Source: Oceanispirochaeta sp.
GTDB lineage: Bacteria; Spirochaetota; Spirochaetia; DSM-2461
Length of the DNA stretch: 64,000 nucleotides
Assembly: GCA_963666275.2 (NCBI GenBank)
Contig: CAXXOA010000002.1
Span: 2,048,001 to 2,112,000, forward strand
Direction of reading: 5' to 3'
The notes under the pieces were generated by a model that searched no databases, had not been told where the DNA came from, and saw only the letters and a program-made list of their open reading frames with translations. The position numbers and the translations under genes were made by a program. Shown here one piece after another: positions 59,062 to 64,000 of the stretch (positions within the stretch are counted from its first letter, which is position 1; the number at the start of each line of letters is the position of its first letter).

Positions 59062-60783
59062 TCAAATTATAATCCACCAGAACAGAGCGGCCATTCCCAA
59101 AGAAAGGGCCAGGAAGTTTCCCTGAAACCGTTTGGGTCTGTTCCGGACGGCATGCATGACAGCTTTTCCCGGTGGGGTTGTAATGAGAAGATAGAGCAGG
59201 GCGCCTCCGGCTGTTACCGCAGCGGTTTTCAGAAAGTTTTCGCCCGTAAAAAGAGAGGGAGGGACTGATTTGGCCGTTCCTGTTCCCAGAATGCTCATAA
59301 CCCCTCTGGATACGGCGGGAGCCGCTGCTCCGGTGGCCAGGCACAGAAGAGCCAGAATCCCCTGGGCAATCTGCCGGAACGGGGAGATCCGGGGTTTCTC
59401 CTGTGCGGGGATAACCGAAACCCCGCCTTTTGCGGGAAAGTAGATCCGGGAGAGCTTGATAAAGGATGCCACCGTTCCCAGAGAGGCCGCATAGAGGAGG
59501 GCTCCCTGCCAGGTGCCTTTCAGTCCGTAGGAAAGGGCTGCTTTACTGGCAAAACCGTTAAAGGGCGGGATAGCCGTTATAGCCAGAGCTCCAGTCAGGA
59601 AGCAGAGAAAGGTGAGGGGGACGGTTTCTCCGGCCTGTCTGAGGCTCTTCAGGGCCCCCCGTATTTTATACACATTCCTTTCGCCCACTGTATCGGTAGT
59701 GGTACCCACAGTAAGAAAGAGAAGCCCCTTGAACAGGGCATGGTAGAGCGCATGAAGGAAGGCTGCCGCAAAGAGCATGAGCCCCGCGGGAGTTGTCAGG
59801 CCCTTCCAGACCGCTGCACCCCAGGCCGCCACAATATAACCGATCTGGCTTATGGAGTGATAGGCAAGAAGCTGCTTGCTGTCTTTCTGGGAGAGCGCTA
59901 TTGTTACTCCCGCCAGAGCCGCTACCGCTCCGGTATAGCTCATAAGCCTTCCGATTTCCGGACCTCCCGGCATAAGGATGAGAATCCGGGAAAGGGCAAA
60001 GAGCGGGGCTTTGATCAGAACTCCCGAGAGGACTGCCGATATGGCATGGGGTGCCAGGGCATGAGCATCCGGGAGCCAGCCGTACAGGGGCATAATGGCC
60101 ACTCTGATGGCAACGGCCGCGGCAATCAGGGCCAGAGATGCCGAGGCTTCCAGACCGCCGCCGTCGGGCAGCTGTCTCAGGACCTCCGCAATTGTTTCAT
60201 AGGAAAGGGAGCCTGTTATCCTGTAGAATCCCATAAGTCCCAGCAGAAAAAAGACCATGGCCGTAGCGCTGATCATAAGATAGGAGAATGACGCCAGGAA
60301 TGCTCCGGGCTTTTCTGAACTGGCCACAAGGATATATGAGGCTATCCCCATCACCTCCAGACAGACAAAGAGATTGAAGAGATCCGCTGTCATGGCCGTG
60401 GCAGCCATGGCGGCGGTCTGGATCAGAAAGGTGGTTGTGAATCCAGGCCCACGCGGACCGGCTCCCAGAGAGTAGATCCAGGCCGCGGCAGCCACGGAAT
60501 AGCCCAGCAGGTTCACAAGCCAGGCAATCCCGTCAAAACGGTAGTGGATTCCGACCTCTCCGGGCCAGTTCCCTATGAAAAGCTCCAGAGACTGACCATG
60601 CAGTACCTGGGGAAGCAGATAGAAAAGGGACACAAGAGGTAGGCCCAGTCCTATCAGGGCTGCCAGGGACTCTATACCCCGGGTATCCCTTTTCCTGTGA
60701 AACGCTTTGGCACAGAATGCCAGGGCCGCTCCCAGGAGGGGGAGCATAATCGGAGCGAATATAAGATCATTCGGATTCATCAC
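59062..60783 (-). CDS. mrpD: Mrp/Mnh antiporter subunit D-like (complex I subunit 5 family)
   Basis: DLFNLFV.LE, WLPDAH..AP..ISA.LSG..IK, K.LLAY.SISQ.GY, HALFK..LF, PPFNGF.SK. Confidence 0.88.
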   Translation of the reverse strand: MMNPNDLIFAPIMLPLLGAALAFCAKAFHRKRDTRGIESLAALIGLGLPLVSLFYLLPQVLHGQSLELFIGNWPGEVGIHYRFDGIAWLVNLLGYSVAAAAWIYSLGAGPRGPGFTTTFLIQTAAMAATAMTADLFNLFVCLEVMGIASYILVASSEKPGAFLASFSYLMISATAMVFFLLGLMGFYRITGSLSYETIAEVLRQLPDGGGLEASASLALIAAAVAIRVAIMPLYGWLPDAHALAPHAISAVLSGVLIKAPLFALSRILILMPGGPEIGRLMSYTGAVAALAGVTIALSQKDSKQLLAYHSISQIGYIVAAWGAAVWKGLTTPAGLMLFAAAFLHALYHALFKGLLFLTVGTTTDTVGERNVYKIRGALKSLRQAGETVPLTFLCFLTGALAITAIPPFNGFASKAALSYGLKGTWQGALLYAASLGTVASFIKLSRIYFPAKGGVSVIPAQEKPRISPFRQIAQGILALLCLATGAAAPAVSRGVMSILGTGTAKSVPPSLFTGENFLKTAAVTAGGALLYLLITTPPGKAVMHAVRNRPKRFQGNFLALSLGMAALFWWIII

Positions 60784-61114
60784 TTACCTTTCTGCGGATT
60801 TCATCAATATCAAAACTGCCTGTATGCCTGTAAAGACGGAAAGCAATGGCCAGAGACAGGGCTGTAATACAAACCCCAATGACGACGGCTGTCAGCATAA
60901 GCGCCTGGGGGATCGGATCGACCACATGCCGGATCCCCTTTTCCATAATCGGAGCGTTCTCACCGATCCGGGATCCTTCCAGAATAAACAGGATCACCAC
61001 TGAGCTGTTGAGAATCGAAAGTCCGTAGACTTTCTTGATGATATTTTTTTTGTAGACAATACCCCACAAGCCAATGAGGGCAAGAATCATAAGAAGAACT
61101 CTCTCAATCATCAT
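60767..61114 (-). CDS. mrpC: Mrp/Mnh antiporter subunit C
   Basis: KN.IK, DPIPQALMLTAVVIG. Confidence 0.92.
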   Translation of the reverse strand: MMIERVLLMILALIGLWGIVYKKNIIKKVYGLSILNSSVVILFILEGSRIGENAPIMEKGIRHVVDPIPQALMLTAVVIGVCITALSLAIAFRLYRHTGSFDIDEIRRKVSDESE

Positions 61115-61860
61115 ACTTCCTTATCCAGCATGGCTATACACATAAAAGCGATCCCCGCTCCCACTTTGAGTCCTATCAGGGAGTTCAGAAGAATAATATA
61201 TCCCACCTTATAGGCGGAATCCGCGCTGATGGGGTTGCCGAAAAGTCCGACCCCCAGTGGGATTCCTATCACCCCCGCCGAAACCAGCAGAAGAAAACCC
61301 ACTGCCTCGAGACCCGAGAGGACTCTGGCCTCCTGAAGCTTCATGGCGGAATCCCGTTTACTCCCCAGGGACAGAAAAACAATGCCCGAGGCTATCACAA
61401 CACCTCCCTGAAAACCTCCTCCCGGAGAGAGATGGCCGAAGAGCATCACATACAGTCCGAAAAGGAGGACAATGGGGCCCAGTTTGCCTGTTACCACATC
61501 CAGAAGGTCTGTCCGCATAAGAGGCGTTTCCGGGAGGCCTGTTTCCAGTTCCACCCGGGAGTCTCCGAAGCCTCTGGCAAGGAAGCGGCCGGAATGGGAG
61601 ATCATTCCTATTGTGCCGCTTACAGCCACAAGAAGAACAATTGTTTCTCCCAGTGTATCGAAGGCCCTGTATCCCAGATAGATGGCACTGACAAGGTTCT
61701 GAGCCCCTGTCCCGGCCACGCCGTTGGCTTCCAGGAAATCCCTGGCTGTAACAGGCCAGGGTGTACTTGTAAAGAAAATCGGCAGAAAAACAGCCAGAAC
61801 TCCCGCCAGGGTCAGGATGGTCTGGATCATCAGGAATGCTTTTGCTCCGGGTTTCTTCAT
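61111..61860 (-). CDS. mrpB: Mrp/Mnh subunit B-like (MbhE+MbhF-type)
   Basis: N.VSAI...YRAFDTLGE, GHLSPGGGFQGG, KVG. Confidence 0.88.
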   Translation of the reverse strand: MKKPGAKAFLMIQTILTLAGVLAVFLPIFFTSTPWPVTARDFLEANGVAGTGAQNLVSAIYLGYRAFDTLGETIVLLVAVSGTIGMISHSGRFLARGFGDSRVELETGLPETPLMRTDLLDVVTGKLGPIVLLFGLYVMLFGHLSPGGGFQGGVVIASGIVFLSLGSKRDSAMKLQEARVLSGLEAVGFLLLVSAGVIGIPLGVGLFGNPISADSAYKVGYIILLNSLIGLKVGAGIAFMCIAMLDKEV

Positions 61861-62090
61861 GACTTATCCCTTCTGTCTGTCGCTCCGATGGCCCAGACAA
61901 GGACGACTGTGGAAACTCCGGCTCCCACAGCGGCTTCAGTAATGGCCACATCCGGTGCATAGAGGAGGTAGAACAGCAGGGCCGACACAAGGCTGAACGC
62001 GGAAAGGGCAAAGGCTCCGAACAGGAGATCCCGGGAAATGAGCGTATAGAGCGATAGGAATATCAGAACCAGCAGAATCACAATAATCAT
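61857..62090 (-). CDS. DUF4040/MbhD-type small Mrp subunit
   Basis: APDVAITEAAVGAG. Confidence 0.88.
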   Translation of the reverse strand: MIIVILLVLIFLSLYTLISRDLLFGAFALSAFSLVSALLFYLLYAPDVAITEAAVGAGVSTVVLVWAIGATDRRDKS

Positions 62091-62102
62091 AAAGGGCCGT
62101 CC

Positions 62103-62435
62103 TCAGGATCCGGTTTCAGAAGAATCGGGAGACTCCTTTGGCGGGAGCTGACCGGAGGCCCAGATAAAGCGGGCCACGATATGGGTTCCTGTGGGTGAGG
62201 AAATAAGAAAAAACAGTCCTATGATGATAATCCTGGCAGCCATTCCCCAGCTGGTGGAGAGGATCAGAGCTCCCACAAGCAGAGAGAATACGGCTGTTGT
62301 GCCGCACAGCGAGCCGGTCTGGAGCTGAGCATAGGGATCGGAGTGTCTGAAAAGCCCGATGATTCCGGCCGTACCGAATACCAGGGCGCTAAAAAAAGCG
62401 ACAGCCGCCGCGACAAGGCGGAGGATTTCAATCAT
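62103..62435 (-). CDS. mrpG: Mrp/Mnh subunit G
   Basis: G.IGL.R..D.Y..L, P...H..AR; ATG 62435 after GGAG. Confidence 0.85.
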   Translation of the reverse strand: MIEILRLVAAAVAFFSALVFGTAGIIGLFRHSDPYAQLQTGSLCGTTAVFSLLVGALILSTSWGMAARIIIIGLFFLISSPTGTHIVARFIWASGQLPPKESPDSSETGS

Positions 62436-62706
62436 CTTTGTCTCCTGCAATCTTTTTATTCAGAAAATGAGAGATAGCCAGCAGCCCGAGAAAGCCGAAG
62501 ATATCATAAACCAGGGCAATGTCCAGATAGAGGGCACGGCCCAGTCTTACGCCGTGAATCACCAGGAATGCCAGGATAATTCCTGACAGTACATTAAGGC
62601 AGGCCAGCTTGCTCTCCGCCGTTTTACTGGTGACAAGTCGTATGATTGTCAGGAGGGCAAATACAAGCAGGACCCATTGCATGATTTCAAGTAGCAGAAT
62701 TGTCAT
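62428..62706 (-). CDS. mrpF: Mrp/Mnh subunit F
   Basis: Three TM helices, R......., YLDIALVY...GF.G. Confidence 0.85.
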   Translation of the reverse strand: MTILLLEIMQWVLLVFALLTIIRLVTSKTAESKLACLNVLSGIILAFLVIHGVRLGRALYLDIALVYDIFGFLGLLAISHFLNKKIAGDKDD

Positions 62707-63215
62707 ATCCAGACCTTTCTGATCGCCTGCTCCATGGGCCCTTTTATAAGCTCTCCCGCCCTTTTGGAGTGAATGGTGCTGCACAGATACCAGTGAACCG
62801 TTAAATGGTCATCGTTCAGATCCAGGGTCATGGTTCCGGGTGTCAGAGTGATTCCGTTGGACAGAATCATCCGGGCCATGTCGGATCTCAGTCTGGTTCT
62901 GAAATGCACAATCCGGGGATTGGCATCCTTTTTTATCATGGAGATCAGCATCTGAACGCTGGCGGCATAGAGCTGGAAGATCAGGAAAAAGAAGAACCTG
63001 ATAAAGTTCAGAGGCCGGGGCAGGAAGGCATGCCGGGATGCTTCATGCATGGGGATAAAGACTCTGTAGGTAATGAGAGCTATGGCCAGAGATCCTGTAA
63101 GACCCGCCAGGAGCGAAAAGGAATCCAGTCTGAAAGTAAACAGAAGCCATATACCGAAAAGGATCGTAAAGGTAATGAGAATCCTGGTGAGGGACCAGAT
63201 CACATGGGTGCGCAA
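62703..63215 (-). CDS. mrpE: Mrp/Mnh subunit E
   Basis: P.IV, L.N.ITLTPGT.T.D, L.VH. Confidence 0.9.
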   Translation of the reverse strand: MRTHVIWSLTRILITFTILFGIWLLFTFRLDSFSLLAGLTGSLAIALITYRVFIPMHEASRHAFLPRPLNFIRFFFFLIFQLYAASVQMLISMIKKDANPRIVHFRTRLRSDMARMILSNGITLTPGTMTLDLNDDHLTVHWYLCSTIHSKRAGELIKGPMEQAIRKVWI

Positions 63216-63216
63216 A

Positions 63217-63675
63217 CTATTCCTCCCGCTTTTTAATAAGCTCCAGGAATTCCCCGGCCGATCCGGCCTGTTCCAGGGTTGAGCGGAAATCGCTGCTGCT
63301 GAGGATCCGGGCCAGTTTTGAAAGCAGTTTAAGGTGCTTCGCCGCCAGAGCGGAAGGACCGGCGATAAAAAAGATGATTTTGGCCGGTTTACCGTCAGCT
63401 GCCTGAAAGTCTATGCCCTTGTCCAGAACTGCCGCTGCAATGGTTGTTTTCTCCATGGAGCTGCTCTGGGCATGGGGGATGGCACAGCCGTTATCCAGCC
63501 CTGTGGTGGAAAGGCTTTCCCGGCTCATCACATCCCGGAAAAGGCTTTCCTCATCGGAGCACTTTCCCGACGCCCCCAGAGCGGCAATCAGCTCTTTAAT
63601 AAGCTCTTCCTTATCTTTCACTTCGGGGTGTATCAGAATACATTCGGGGGATAAAAGCGAATGGATTGTGATCAT
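63217..63675 (-). CDS. Stand-alone PTS EIIA (Ntr/fructose-type) protein
   Basis: RE..STTG...G.AIPH, GIDF.A.DG.P, HL..LS.LAR. Confidence 0.92.
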   Translation of the reverse strand: MITIHSLLSPECILIHPEVKDKEELIKELIAALGASGKCSDEESLFRDVMSRESLSTTGLDNGCAIPHAQSSSMEKTTIAAAVLDKGIDFQAADGKPAKIIFFIAGPSALAAKHLKLLSKLARILSSSDFRSTLEQAGSAGEFLELIKKREE

Positions 63676-63676
63676 A

Positions 63677-64000
63677 TTATATCTCCTCCTCTTCGGGTAC
63701 GAGCCCGGCGGCCCAGTCTACCGGTACAGTAAACATTATACCTGTTCCTGGTTTTTCAAGGCCTCCGACGACTTCGTCTACAAGCTTTTTCACATCTTCG
63801 ATGATCTCTTCATTTCGGATGACTGAGATTATTGTTTTGTTGTAGGGTCTGTTCCCTTTCATAAACTCTCTGAACCCCGCAAAAAGAGGAACGTCGTAGG
63901 CAAGGAATCTTCCCATACCTTCTGAATCCAGAATCGTTGATCCTGCAACCCCGGCTTCCGCATAGGCACTGAGGACTTTTTCAAGATACTCTTCATTATT
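63677..64000 (-). CDS. P-II-like protein (5' end outside window)
   Basis: Frame open to the edge: NNEEYLEKVLSAYAEAGVAGSTILDSEGMGR...GTGIMFTVPV. Confidence 0.75.
   Translation of the reverse strand, partial: NNEEYLEKVLSAYAEAGVAGSTILDSEGMGRFLAYDVPLFAGFREFMKGNRPYNKTIISVIRNEEIIEDVKKLVDEVVGGLEKPGTGIMFTVPVDWAAGLVPEEEEI

Overview
Bacterial chromosomal window, most likely from a free-living anaerobic spirochaete. This is inferred from an 'LFAEGQTE'-type signal peptide, long dCache MCPs and an Rpn gene; it is not proven. The centre (15.8-40.6 kb) is a tetrapyrrole supercluster: a compact hemL / sirC-hemA / hemC-cobA-hemD / hemB operon, the siroheme-dependent (Ahb) heme genes, two CbiK chelatases, anaerobic cbi corrin genes, and a cobalamin riboswitch ahead of an ABC importer. 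It is flanked by signalling genes (7TM-GAF-PAS kinase, REC-HD-GYP, GAF-GGDEF, hybrid kinase, two MCPs), oxidative-stress genes (SOD, multicopper oxidase, WrbA), a selD-DUF3343-yedF selenium cluster, three AIM24 genes and an MrpA-less Mrp operon. The most striking observations are: (1) a HemC-CobA-HemD triple fusion whose HemC lacks domain 3 and its cofactor-anchoring Cys; (2) an AT-rich Rpn nuclease gene flanked by a 101-bp direct duplication of the 3' end of cbiE-cbiL, with an internal SD+ATG; (3) two unrelated membrane sensors ending in the same CxxC...HxxCxxC module with no enzymatic output; (4) a histidine kinase continuing into a GNAT/acyltransferase-like domain at the window edge. No CRISPR, rRNA or tRNA was seen. 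All calls come from motif recognition by eye; no database searches were run.
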